A stretch of DNA of 24,000 nucleotides, taken from NCBI RefSeq assembly GCF_002263495.1, contig NZ_CP022753.1, positions 5,486,312-5,510,311 of the forward strand, read 5' to 3'. Positions 1-7,614 of the stretch are shown one piece after another; within the stretch, counting starts at the first letter, position 1; each line of letters opens with the position of its first letter. The stretch is from Nocardiopsis gilva YIM 90087 (lineage in GTDB: Bacteria > Actinomycetota > Actinomycetes > Streptosporangiales > Streptosporangiaceae). The notes beneath the pieces were generated by a model, which did not search any database, was not told the origin of the DNA, and saw nothing but the letters and a program-made list of their open reading frames with translations. A program made the position numbers and the translations under genes.

Positions 1-420
1 CAGCGCTCGCTCACGCACGGTTTGCGCCACGCGCCCTACGCTCTGCGGCGCTCGGTGCTCGCCGAGATCGACACGTGCTTCCCCGAGGAGGTGGCCGCGA
101 CCGCCGCCAGCCGGCTGCGTTCCCACACCGACCTCTCGATCCCGTCGTCGCTGCACCACCACTACGCCTACCTGACCGGACGCGCGGTGCCCGGCACCGT
201 CGTCTACGCCTATGTCGATGTGGGCGACCCCGCGCAGCACGTCAAGCTCACCCAGCTGCTCGGCGGGCGCAACCGCGATGTCTTCTGCGTCACCGACTCC
301 ACGCCGCATTCGGTCCCGCGCGCCGAGCAGGCCCGGATGATCCGCGCATTCCTGCGCGGATACTTCCCCCTGGCCGCGCCCTGGGAGCTGGACGCCGCCC
401 CCGTCGAGGACGCGGGATGA
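1..420 (+). CDS. Stealth-family (CR3/CR4) polysaccharide phosphotransferase, C-terminal part; the 5' end lies upstream of the window
   Basis: Frame 1 is open from nt 1 (QRSLTHGLRHAPYAL...), so the TTG at 22 is not the true start. An HAPxxL-type motif and the tail ...RDVFCVTDS...IRAFLRGYFPLAAPWE resemble Stealth conserved regions CR3 and CR4. GC3 is high. Assignment is from memory of the family motifs. Confidence 0.6.
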   Translation, partial: QRSLTHGLRHAPYALRRSVLAEIDTCFPEEVAATAASRLRSHTDLSIPSSLHHHYAYLTGRAVPGTVVYAYVDVGDPAQHVKLTQLLGGRNRDVFCVTDSTPHSVPRAEQARMIRAFLRGYFPLAAPWELDAAPVEDAG

Positions 421-436
421 CCGCTCTGGCAGGCTC

Positions 437-1477
437 TTGCGCATGGATGTGCGCACAGCCCAGCGACTCTGGTCGCTCGACTCCGTCTGGCTCAACACCG
501 CCCAGTACGGCATCCCGCCGAACACCGCGCACCGGGCTCTGGCTGAGGCCATGGAGGCCTGGCGGACCGCGACCGGGGACCCCAGTTCCTGGGGAGCCGC
601 AGCCCAGGACGCGCGGCGCCGGTTCGCAGCGTTGATCGGCTCCACGCCCGACGACATCGCCCAGGGCACGACGACATCGCAGTTCATGGGCGTGATCGCG
701 GCGTCCCTCCCCGATGGCGCGCGGGTGGTGGTGCCCGAGGGGGACTTCACCTCGGCGGTCTTCCCGTGGATGGCCCACGCCGACCGGGGTGTGGAGGTGC
801 GGGTGGTGCCGCTGGCCGGGCTGGCCGACGCGATCGACGATGCCACCGCGGTGGTGGCGTTCAGCCTGGTGCAGTCCGCTACGGGGGAGGTCGCCCCGGT
901 CGAGGAGATCCTGGGCGCCGCCGCGCGCCACGACGCTCTGGTCGTCACCGACGCCACCCAGGCGGCCGGGTGGTGTCCGATGGACGCCACCCGCTTCGAC
1001 GCGGTGGTCTGTTCGGCCTACAAGTGGCTGATGGCGCCGCGCGGACTGGCCTATGCTCACCTGTCGCCCCGCCTGCGCGACCGGGTGCGCCCGACCGGCG
1101 CCGGGCCGAGCGCGGCGGCGGATCCGATGGCGTCCTTCTACACCTCGCGGATGGTCCTGGCCGAGGGGGCCGCCCGGTTCGACGCCTCCCCGAACTGGTT
1201 CGCGGCGGTGGCCGCCGCCGAGTCCCTGCGGGTGCTCCAGGACATCGGCGTCGAGGCGGTCCGCGCGCACAACCTCGCCGTCGCCAACCGGTTCCGGGAC
1301 CGGCTGGGCCTGCCGCCGGGTGACTCGCCCATCGTCGCCGTGGACGACCCGGACGCCGGGGAGCGGCTGCGCGCGGCCGGTGTGCGGGCGGCGGAGCGCG
1401 GCGGCCGGGTGCGGCTCGCGTTCCACCTGTACTCGACGGAGGAGGACGCGGACACTGCGGCCAAGGCTCTCGCCTGA
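437..1477 (+). CDS. Class-V aminotransferase-fold PLP-dependent enzyme (cysteine desulfurase / epimerase-like)
   Basis: 346-aa ORF with very high GC3. It carries DATQAAG...CSAYKWLMAPRGLAYAHL, the typical class-V PLP-lysine context (SxxK in S-A-Y-K). Length is typical for the fold. The substrate cannot be inferred. Confidence 0.8.
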   Translation: MRMDVRTAQRLWSLDSVWLNTAQYGIPPNTAHRALAEAMEAWRTATGDPSSWGAAAQDARRRFAALIGSTPDDIAQGTTTSQFMGVIAASLPDGARVVVPEGDFTSAVFPWMAHADRGVEVRVVPLAGLADAIDDATAVVAFSLVQSATGEVAPVEEILGAAARHDALVVTDATQAAGWCPMDATRFDAVVCSAYKWLMAPRGLAYAHLSPRLRDRVRPTGAGPSAAADPMASFYTSRMVLAEGAARFDASPNWFAAVAAAESLRVLQDIGVEAVRAHNLAVANRFRDRLGLPPGDSPIVAVDDPDAGERLRAAGVRAAERGGRVRLAFHLYSTEEDADTAAKALA

Positions 1478-1640
1478 ACGCCGGATTGGGGTGAGCGAAA
1501 CACCGGGTGGGGGATCCCCCGCACTGCAGGGGGTTGAGATCGGCGTCCGGCGTGTCGTGGTCATGTTGCGGATTCACAACAATACTTGGAGTGACAATGG
1601 CCGTCAGAGCACGTCATCCGCCGACCGGAAGGACGCCGTC

Positions 1641-1955
1641 ATGGCCCAGTCGAAGTACAGCCGGCCCTGCCCCGCGCCTACCGCGGTACCACGCTCCACC
1701 GAACGGCTCCACCTGTCCCGGCTGGCCGCCGCACTCACCGGCTACGGTGTGTGGGCGCGGATCATCGAGGACACCGCGCCGTTCCTGCGGGTGAGCAACC
1801 CCGACTCCGACTGCGCCATCGAGGACGTCGCCTGCGAACGCCGCACGCGCGACCACGCGTTCATCGCGTCGTCGGGGGTCTATATGGGCAACAGCGACAG
1901 CATCTCGCTCACCGCGAAGAAGATCGCCTGGCTGGTCGGCACGATCGACCGCTGA
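1641..1955 (+). CDS. Hypothetical small protein (104 aa), no family recognised
   Basis: ATG at 1641 is preceded by GGAAGGA 8 nt upstream. GC3 stays high through to the TGA at 1953-1955. The longer track ORF (1053..1955) overlaps the aminotransferase in another frame and is rejected. Confidence 0.55.
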   Translation: MAQSKYSRPCPAPTAVPRSTERLHLSRLAAALTGYGVWARIIEDTAPFLRVSNPDSDCAIEDVACERRTRDHAFIASSGVYMGNSDSISLTAKKIAWLVGTIDR

Positions 1956-2009
1956 CCGCGCCACCGCCACCGAACCGCAGAACCGCGGCCCTGGGTGTCC
2001 GCCTCCGTT

Positions 2010-2207
2010 TCAGGAGGTGGGCCCCGAGGACCGCAGTGCCCGACCGGCGGCCGTCACCACCACGCCGAGGACGGCGATGCCCAGATAGGCGACCGGCGGG
2101 AGGTCGAACCACAGGTGGAGCAGGCCCATGTCCTTGTCGAAGAACATTGGGCCGACGAACCCCAGGACGCCCTGGATCAGGACGATGATGCCGATGACTT
2201 CGAGCAC
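2010..2207 (-). CDS. Small hydrophobic membrane protein (65 aa, two predicted TM segments)
   Basis: GTG start at 2207 is preceded by a strong SD (GAGGGGGAG) 6 nt upstream. GC3 is high. The composition is hydrophobic and not Arg/Pro-rich (VIGIIVLIQGVLGFVGPMFF ... VAYLGIAVLGVVVTAAG), unlike shadow ORFs. Confidence 0.7.
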   Translation of the reverse strand: MLEVIGIIVLIQGVLGFVGPMFFDKDMGLLHLWFDLPPVAYLGIAVLGVVVTAAGRALRSSGPTS

Positions 2208-2411
2208 GGCCGCTCCCCCTCACTCGTCATGCACCCCGCTGCGGCACCGCTCGGCGCCGGAGGGCCCCATGATCGCGTGACGGCGGGCCGGGAGTCGTCC
2301 TCCCGGCAGCCGATTTCCGCGGTCCGTCGAAGGATGTACGCGCACACCACGGATACGGACCAGGGGCCGCCGACCGAGAAAAACCGTGTGCGGAACGACC
2401 CGTTTCCGATG

Positions 2412-2423
2412 TAGCGTCCCGAC
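2412..2423 (+). promoter_or_regulatory. Putative -10 element (TAGCGT) plus 6-nt spacer, placing a transcription start at the A of ATG 2424 (leaderless geometry)
   Basis: TAGCGT fits the actinobacterial TANNNT -10 pattern. Exactly 6 nt separate it from ATG 2424. No SD precedes that ATG. The -35 region is weak. An A5 tract sits at 2379-2383. Confidence 0.35.
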
Positions 2424-2447
2424 ATGTCCAACTCCCGGATCTATTAG
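2424..2447 (+). CDS. Putative leader peptide uORF (MSNSRIY*)
   Basis: ATG TCC AAC TCC CGG ATC TAT TAG. Codons 4-7 form the 5' arm of the downstream hairpin, and the stop codon sits in its internal loop. Too short for codon statistics; support is positional only. Confidence 0.4.
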   Translation: MSNSRIY

Positions 2448-2507
2448 CTCAGGACCTCGCTGCCGTAGCACCAGTGTGTCCTGAGTCAGATCCGGGAGTA
2501 ATTTTTT
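2433..2507 (+). promoter_or_regulatory. Attenuator hairpin (possible terminator and/or SD sequestor) in front of the ABC-F gene
   Basis: 2433-2442 TCCCGGATCT pairs perfectly with 2488-2497 AGATCCGGGA (10 bp). 2448-2455 CTCAGGAC pairs with 2478-2485 GTCCTGAG (8 bp). The 3' arm covers GGGA of the GGGAG SD (2494-2498). A T6 run (2502-2507) follows after 4 nt and runs into the TTG start at 2506. Confidence 0.55.
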
Positions 2508-4104
2508 GATCACCGCAAGTAATGTTTCTGTGCGCGCCGGCGCCCGTCTGCTGCTCGACGACGCGAGCTTCCACATCTCCCCCGGAGACAAGGTCGGGCT
2601 CGTCGGCCGCAACGGCGCGGGCAAGACCACGCTCGTCCGAGTCCTGGCGGGGGAGACCACACCCGCCGGAGGCGAGATCCACCGCACCGGCTCGGTCGGG
2701 TACCTGCCGCAGTCCCCTCGGGACGATGAGGCATCGGGCACCGTCGCCGATCGGATTCTGTCCGCCCGCGGCATCGACGAGGCGGTCCGCGGCCTCCGGG
2801 CGGCCGAGGCGGCTATGGCCCAAGCCAAGGGCCACGAGCTGGAGAAGGCCATGCGGGCCTACGCCCGTGCCGAGCACCGGTTCCTCGCGCGCGGCGGGTA
2901 TACGGTCGAGGCAGACGCCGCGCAGGTCGCCGCCAACCTCGGGCTGTCCGACACGATCCTGCGCCAACCCTTGGCCAGTCTTTCCGGCGGGCAGCGCCGC
3001 CGGGTCGAGTTGGCCCGCCTGCTGTTCGGCGGACACGGCACGCTGCTGCTGGACGAGCCGACCAACCACCTTGACGCGGACTCGATCCGCTGGCTGCAGC
3101 GGTTCCTGCGGGAGCACAGCGGCGGGTTCCTGCTCATCAGCCACGACGTCGACCTGTTGGAATCCACGGTCAACCGGGTGTTCCACCTCGACGCCGACCG
3201 CAGCGCGATCGACGTCTACAACGTCGGTTGGACGACCTACCTGACCCAGCGCGAGACCGACGCCCGCCGACGGCGCCGGGAACGGGTCAACGCGCAGCGC
3301 AAGGCGGACGAGCTGCGCGCGCAGGCCGGGAAGATGCAGAGCAACGTGAAGACGGCGGTGGCGGCCAAGAACATGATCCGCCGGGCGGACCGGATGCTCG
3401 CCGAAGTCGAGCCCGAACGCCGTGCGGACAAGGTGGCGCGGCTGCGCCTGCCCGACCCGCCGCCCTGCGGCAAGGTCCCGCTGACCGCCGAGTCGGTGTC
3501 CAAGTCCTTCGGCTCGCACGAGGTGTTCACGGGGGTGGACGTCGCGGTCGACCGGGGTTCGCGGATCGCCATCCTCGGACTCAACGGCGCGGGCAAGACG
3601 ACGCTGCTGCGCATTCTGGCCGGTCAGGAGCGTCCGGACAGCGGACAGGTCCGGCACGGTACGGGTGCGCGGCTGGGCTACTACGCGCAGGAGCACGAGA
3701 CGCTGGACCCCGACCGCACGGTCCTGCAGAACCTGACCGACACCGCCCCGCATCTCGCCGACAACGAAGCGCGGCTGATGCTGGGGTCCTTCCTGTTCTC
3801 CGGTGACGACAGTCAGAAACCAGCGGGGGTGCTCTCGGGCGGGGAGAAGACCCGCCTGGCGCTGGCGACCCTGGTGTGCTCCGAGGCCAACGTCCTGCTG
3901 CTCGACGAGCCGACCAACAACCTCGACCCGGCGTCACGCACGGAGATCCTGCGGGCGATCGACTCCTACCGGGGCGCCGTCATCCTGGTCACCCACGACG
4001 ACGGCGCCATCGAGGCACTGCGCCCCGACCGCGTGCTGCTGCTGCCGGACGGCGTCGAAGACTTGTGGAACGACGAGTACCACGAGCTGGTCTCCCTCGC
4101 CTGA
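2506..4104 (+). CDS. ABC-F family ATPase (soluble, two ABC cassettes; ribosome-associated translation factor / possible antibiotic-resistance ABC-F, Rv1473-like)
   Basis: Walker A GRNGAGKTT and GLNGAGKTT; signatures LSGGQRRR and LSGGEKTR; Walker B LLLDEPTNHLD and LLLDEPTNNLD. There is no TM domain. A ~80-aa Arg/Lys-rich interdomain linker is present (RRRRRERVNAQRKADELRAQAGKMQSNVKTAVAAKNMIRRADRM). TTG start with a GGGAG SD. The resemblance to the M. tuberculosis Rv1473 class is from memory. Confidence 0.95.
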   Translation: MITASNVSVRAGARLLLDDASFHISPGDKVGLVGRNGAGKTTLVRVLAGETTPAGGEIHRTGSVGYLPQSPRDDEASGTVADRILSARGIDEAVRGLRAAEAAMAQAKGHELEKAMRAYARAEHRFLARGGYTVEADAAQVAANLGLSDTILRQPLASLSGGQRRRVELARLLFGGHGTLLLDEPTNHLDADSIRWLQRFLREHSGGFLLISHDVDLLESTVNRVFHLDADRSAIDVYNVGWTTYLTQRETDARRRRRERVNAQRKADELRAQAGKMQSNVKTAVAAKNMIRRADRMLAEVEPERRADKVARLRLPDPPPCGKVPLTAESVSKSFGSHEVFTGVDVAVDRGSRIAILGLNGAGKTTLLRILAGQERPDSGQVRHGTGARLGYYAQEHETLDPDRTVLQNLTDTAPHLADNEARLMLGSFLFSGDDSQKPAGVLSGGEKTRLALATLVCSEANVLLLDEPTNNLDPASRTEILRAIDSYRGAVILVTHDDGAIEALRPDRVLLLPDGVEDLWNDEYHELVSLA

Positions 4105-4219
4105 TTCCGCGTGTGGGCGGCGCAGCGAGCGGCGCGATCACCTCCAAGTGTTCGCGCCGCTGTTGGTATTCGCCTACCTGTGGAGATCCGGTCGGTGGCG
4201 CTGTGGCGCGCCACAACAC

Positions 4220-4264
4220 GAAGAGCCCCTGACCTTCCGCGCGTGCGGAGGACAGAGGCTCTTC
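4220..4264. terminator. Hairpin between the convergent ABC-F gene and ssrA (probable tmRNA terminator, possibly bidirectional)
   Basis: GAAGAGCCCCTG (4220-4231) pairs with CAGAGGCTCTTC (4253-4264) with one mismatch. An inner CTTCCGC/GCGGAGG helix adds to it. On the minus strand it starts 8 nt after the tmRNA 3' end and is followed by GTGTTGTGG. Confidence 0.5.
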
Positions 4265-4272
4265 GAAGAAAG

Positions 4273-4642
4273 TGGAGGTGGCGGGAATCGAACCCGCGTC
4301 CTTCAGCACCGCAACAGGGCTTCTCCGGGTGCAGTTCGTGCTGCCGTTCTACTCGGCTCCAGCGCTCTCACGAACAAGTCGCTGACGAGCCCAGCCACGT
4401 AAGTGTCCCGCTCGGGCCCCGTGGCCTGATCCGAGCGGTGAGTCCTCTGAACGATGCCGGACACTGGGCCGAGGACGAGCTCAGGCCGACAGAGACGCTA
4501 TCGCTTAGGCAGCGAGAGCGAACTCAGTGCGCTTAGAATTGGCACTTGATATTTAATGCGATGCAGGATTAACGAGGTCACAAACGCAACCCTCGACCCG
4601 CTTCCCCTGAAACGACTACCGAAGTCGAAACCGATCACCCCC
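4273..4642 (-). ncRNA. ssrA: tmRNA (SsrA), ~370 nt
   Basis: The reverse complement starts GGGGGTGATCGGTTTCGACTTCGG and ends GCGGGTTCGATTCCCGCCACCTCCA. This gives a 7-bp acceptor stem GGGGGTG/CACCTCC with a G3:U pair, a T-arm GCGGG-TTCGATT-CCCGC and a discriminator A. Only the first C of the CCA is encoded. The tag reading frame is GCC AAT TCT AAG CGC ACT GAG TTC GCT CTC GCT GCC TAA (4543 down to 4505), giving ANSKRTEFALAA*. It lies on the same strand as smpB and downstream of it. Confidence 0.95.
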
Positions 4643-5138
4643 TGTGGATTTATCAACAGGCCCGAGGGCCCGCAGGCAGGCACCACCGCAGTGGTCCCTG
4701 TGCTCTAACGCTACAGGTAGAACGCTTCGAAGGCCAAGCCGATTCCCGGCCACGCCATCCGTTATGTCCCTGATACACCGGCCGCGTCATCGGAGGTCCG
4801 GCACCGGAACGCGCGGCCTCCGCGGGCACCCTTCCCCCGAACATGAGAAACCCCCGCGGGTGCGGACGGGATCCATCGACGCTACCCGCGAGGGCGGCCG
4901 GCAGGGTCGGGCCGGCCTCTCATCCAGCAGGACCTCCCCCGAGACGAGGTCCCGCCTTCTAGGACTGGTGTCCGCAACCCCCTTTACGGCCTCCCAGTCA
5001 TTAGGGAAGACGCGTTTTTGACTCGCGCGGGTTGCCCCTGACCTGGGGTGACTTACGGTCACGTCACGGACGGCGCCAGACCGGTTCGGATGGGGCCGTC
5101 GGGGCGAGCGTCGGCCGGTGCCGACCCGTCCGACCTGC

Positions 5139-7112
5139 TCAGACCCCGGGGACGCCCGGTGTGCCCGCGCCGCCCGAGGCCGCACCGCCGGCATCGCCGT
5201 CCGCGGTCGCGCCCGGGTCCTCGACGTAGCCGTAGGGAAGGTTCTGCAGGAACCCGCTGCCCGCGCTGATCGCGTACTGGTCCCACTCCATCGCCGGGTC
5301 CACCTCGGCCACCACGGCGAACGCCACGTTGCCCTGGTAACCCACGAACCATTGCACGGCGGTCTCCTTGCCGCCGACGTCCTGCTTGACCGACGCCGCC
5401 TGGCCGTGCACCGGGACCGTGCCGAGGTTGGCGCGGGAGGCGCCTCCCTCGACGACCGCGGCGCGCATCATCTCGCGCAGCTGCTTGACCGTCTCCTTGG
5501 GCAGGTCGTGGGAGGCACCCGGCTCACCCTGATCGGTATCGCGCACCAGGCGCGGGGCGCGCCACGAGCCGTCGGCGACCGCCCCGGCGACCAGCGCCAT
5601 CGACAGCGGGCTGACCGTGACCTGATCCTGGCCGACCATGGCGGCGGCGGTGTCGCCCGCCGACTCGGGCGCGGTGAACTCGCCGTTGTAGGTGGGAACC
5701 GAGAGCCGCCAGTCGCCATCGATACCGAAATCGGCCGCGGCGGACTCCAGCGCCGCTCCGCCCACGCCCTCGCCGAGACCGGCGAACGCGGTCGTGCAGG
5801 CGAAGGCGAAGTCCCTGGTGAAGTTCGGCTCCCACAGCCCGCCGTTGTTGGGGGTGGCGAAGGTGCGGTCGCCGACCTTGGTCTCGGGCTCGCACGGCAC
5901 GGTCGCGGAGGGCTTGGCCGCGCCGGACTCCAGCGCGGCGGCGGCCGAGACGATGGTGAAGGCCTCGCCCGGCTCGTACTCCTTGGTGAAGGCGCCGTCG
6001 TTGCCCAGGTCGTCCGGGTTCCCGGCGGCGGCCAGGACCTCCCCGGTGCGCGCGTCGAGCGCGACCAGGTAGCCCGCGCCGGGCAGCTGCGCCAGGGAGG
6101 TCGCGGCGACGCCCTGCGCCGTCGAGTCGAGGGTGGTCGTCAGTGAGCCGCTCTGCGTACCGGGCCACGATTTCAGGACACCGGTCTGCTCGCCCTTCTG
6201 GTTGACGGTCACCACCTCGGTGGTCGCGCTGCCGGCGAGACGCTGCTGGAAGACGTTCTGCAGGCCGTTGAGGCCGACGGTGTCGCCGGCCTGGTAGGTG
6301 CTGACGACGCGGGAGGAGACGTTGTGCTCGGCGGTACCGGCCACCTCGCCGATGACGCCGCTGGCCATCGTGGGGGTCAGCGGCATGGTGAGTTCGGTGG
6401 TCTCGACGCCGGAGATCTTCTTGGCCTTGCGGACGACGGACTCCTTGACGTCCTTCTTCCGCAGCAGCGCCAGGGGTTGGAACTCCTCGGGCGGCGCGGA
6501 TCTGACCCGGTCGAGCATGGGGTCGGGGTCCTCGCCGAGCACCTTGGCCAGGGCGCCCACGCCCTCTTTCATGCCGTCGAGCTCGGCGGGGACGACACCG
6601 AAGGCGATCAGCTCATCCTCGCTGACCAGCGGCTCGTGATTGCGGTCGAAGATCTCGCCGCGGTCGGGCACGTCGTAGCTGACGGCGAGCCGCTCGCCCT
6701 CGCCGAGCTCGGGGTGGATCACGCTCGGGGACCAGGCGATCTTCCACCCGCCCGCACCGCGCCCCAGCGACATCTCCCCGGTGTACTTCCACACGGGGTC
6801 ACCGATACCGAGGTCGGCCTGGACCTCGAACTCGGCGGTGGCTCCCTTGCCGTTCTGCCGGATGCGCCCCAGCCCGAAGCGCAGGGCGGCCAGGTCGAGC
6901 TGGCGGTGCGCCCGCTCCAGGGAGTCGGCGACCTCCTCCACGTCCCCGGTGGTCTGCCGGGCGGCGGCCTCGTACTCACCGGCCTGCCAGTCGAGGAGGA
7001 AGGTGCGGACGGCGACCTCCGGACTGGGCTGGGTGGCACAGGCGGTCATCACGGCCGCCATGGCGACACCGGTGCCCGCGGCAAGGAACCGGCGGAGGGG
7101 AGGGGGAGTCAC
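5139..7112 (-). CDS. Class-B penicillin-binding-protein-like lipoprotein (NTF2-like MecA_N domain + PBP dimerisation + transpeptidase fold) with all catalytic motifs substituted
   Basis: GTG start at 7112 with an AAAGGA SD, 22 nt after the smpB stop. Signal/lipobox ...AMAAVMTAC (Cys25). The N-terminal segment TFLLDWQAGEYEAAA...WKIAWSPSVIHPEL is NTF2-like. RGEIFDRNHEPLV matches the PBP dimerisation domain. The transpeptidase-fold blocks YLVALDARTGEVLAAAG, GQDQVTVSPLSMALVAGAVADG and AVQWFVGY are present. However, SxxK is EAFT, SxN is ACT and KTG is QAA. Confidence 0.85.
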   Translation of the reverse strand: MTPPPLRRFLAAGTGVAMAAVMTACATQPSPEVAVRTFLLDWQAGEYEAAARQTTGDVEEVADSLERAHRQLDLAALRFGLGRIRQNGKGATAEFEVQADLGIGDPVWKYTGEMSLGRGAGGWKIAWSPSVIHPELGEGERLAVSYDVPDRGEIFDRNHEPLVSEDELIAFGVVPAELDGMKEGVGALAKVLGEDPDPMLDRVRSAPPEEFQPLALLRKKDVKESVVRKAKKISGVETTELTMPLTPTMASGVIGEVAGTAEHNVSSRVVSTYQAGDTVGLNGLQNVFQQRLAGSATTEVVTVNQKGEQTGVLKSWPGTQSGSLTTTLDSTAQGVAATSLAQLPGAGYLVALDARTGEVLAAAGNPDDLGNDGAFTKEYEPGEAFTIVSAAAALESGAAKPSATVPCEPETKVGDRTFATPNNGGLWEPNFTRDFAFACTTAFAGLGEGVGGAALESAAADFGIDGDWRLSVPTYNGEFTAPESAGDTAAAMVGQDQVTVSPLSMALVAGAVADGSWRAPRLVRDTDQGEPGASHDLPKETVKQLREMMRAAVVEGGASRANLGTVPVHGQAASVKQDVGGKETAVQWFVGYQGNVAFAVVAEVDPAMEWDQYAISAGSGFLQNLPYGYVEDPGATADGDAGGAASGGAGTPGVPGV

Positions 7113-7134
7113 CCTGGATCCTTTCGTTCACACC

Positions 7135-7599
7135 TCAGCGCCGACGGCGCAGCGCACGCTCGATATCACGCTTCGCCTCGCGTTCGGCGATGTCACGGCG
7201 TTTATCGTACGAACGCTTACCGCGTGCCAGCGCCAACTCCACCTTGGCCTTGCCTTCGCTGAAGTACAGCGACAGCGGGACGAGGGTGCGGCCGGCCTCC
7301 TCGGTCTTGCCGACCAGTTTGGCGATCTCTTCGCGGTGCAGCAGAAGCTTACGCGGCCTACGAGCGGCGTGGTTGGTCCAGGTCCCGTGGGCGTACTCCG
7401 GGATGTGGACGTTCTCCAGCCACACCTCTCCATTCTTCACGTGCGCGAACCCGTCCGTGAGGGACGCGCGGCCGGCACGCAGCGACTTCACCTCGGTACC
7501 GGTGAGCACGAGGCCCGCCTCGTAGGTGTCGTCGATGTGGTAGTCGTGCCGGGCGCGCCGGTTCTGCGCGATGACCTTGCGCCCTTTCTCCCGTGGCAC
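7135..7599 (-). CDS. smpB: SsrA-binding protein SmpB
   Basis: 154 aa: ...[43 protein letters not shown]...[10 protein letters not shown]...[30 protein letters not shown] start with an AAGGAG SD 8 nt upstream. Confidence 0.97.
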   Translation of the reverse strand: MPREKGRKVIAQNRRARHDYHIDDTYEAGLVLTGTEVKSLRAGRASLTDGFAHVKNGEVWLENVHIPEYAHGTWTNHAARRPRKLLLHREEIAKLVGKTEEAGRTLVPLSLYFSEGKAKVELALARGKRSYDKRRDIAEREAKRDIERALRRRR

Positions 7600-7614
7600 C
7601 GGAGTTCTCCTTAG

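Noticed and set aside
1509-1520. Perfect palindrome GGGGGATCCCCC downstream of the aminotransferase
   Set aside because: It cannot form a stable hairpin because the loop is 0-2 nt. It is a single occurrence and could arise easily in GC-rich DNA. Possibly it is part of a weak terminator together with CCCCC...GGGGG (1516-1533), but I cannot support a function.
290-1577. 424-aa and 210-aa minus-strand ORFs opposite the aminotransferase; likewise 2449..3753 (-) opposite the ABC-F gene, 5118..6146 (+) opposite the PBP-like gene and 9587..11017 (+) opposite prfB
   Set aside because: Same reasoning: low-complexity shadow ORFs antisense to genes with clear motifs.
4105-4700. ssrA as an integration hotspot, meaning a genomic island or prophage att site
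   Set aside because: There is no second copy of the tmRNA 3' end in the window. There is no integrase, excisionase or phage gene on either side. The 3' flank runs directly into the convergent ABC-F gene via a terminator hairpin.
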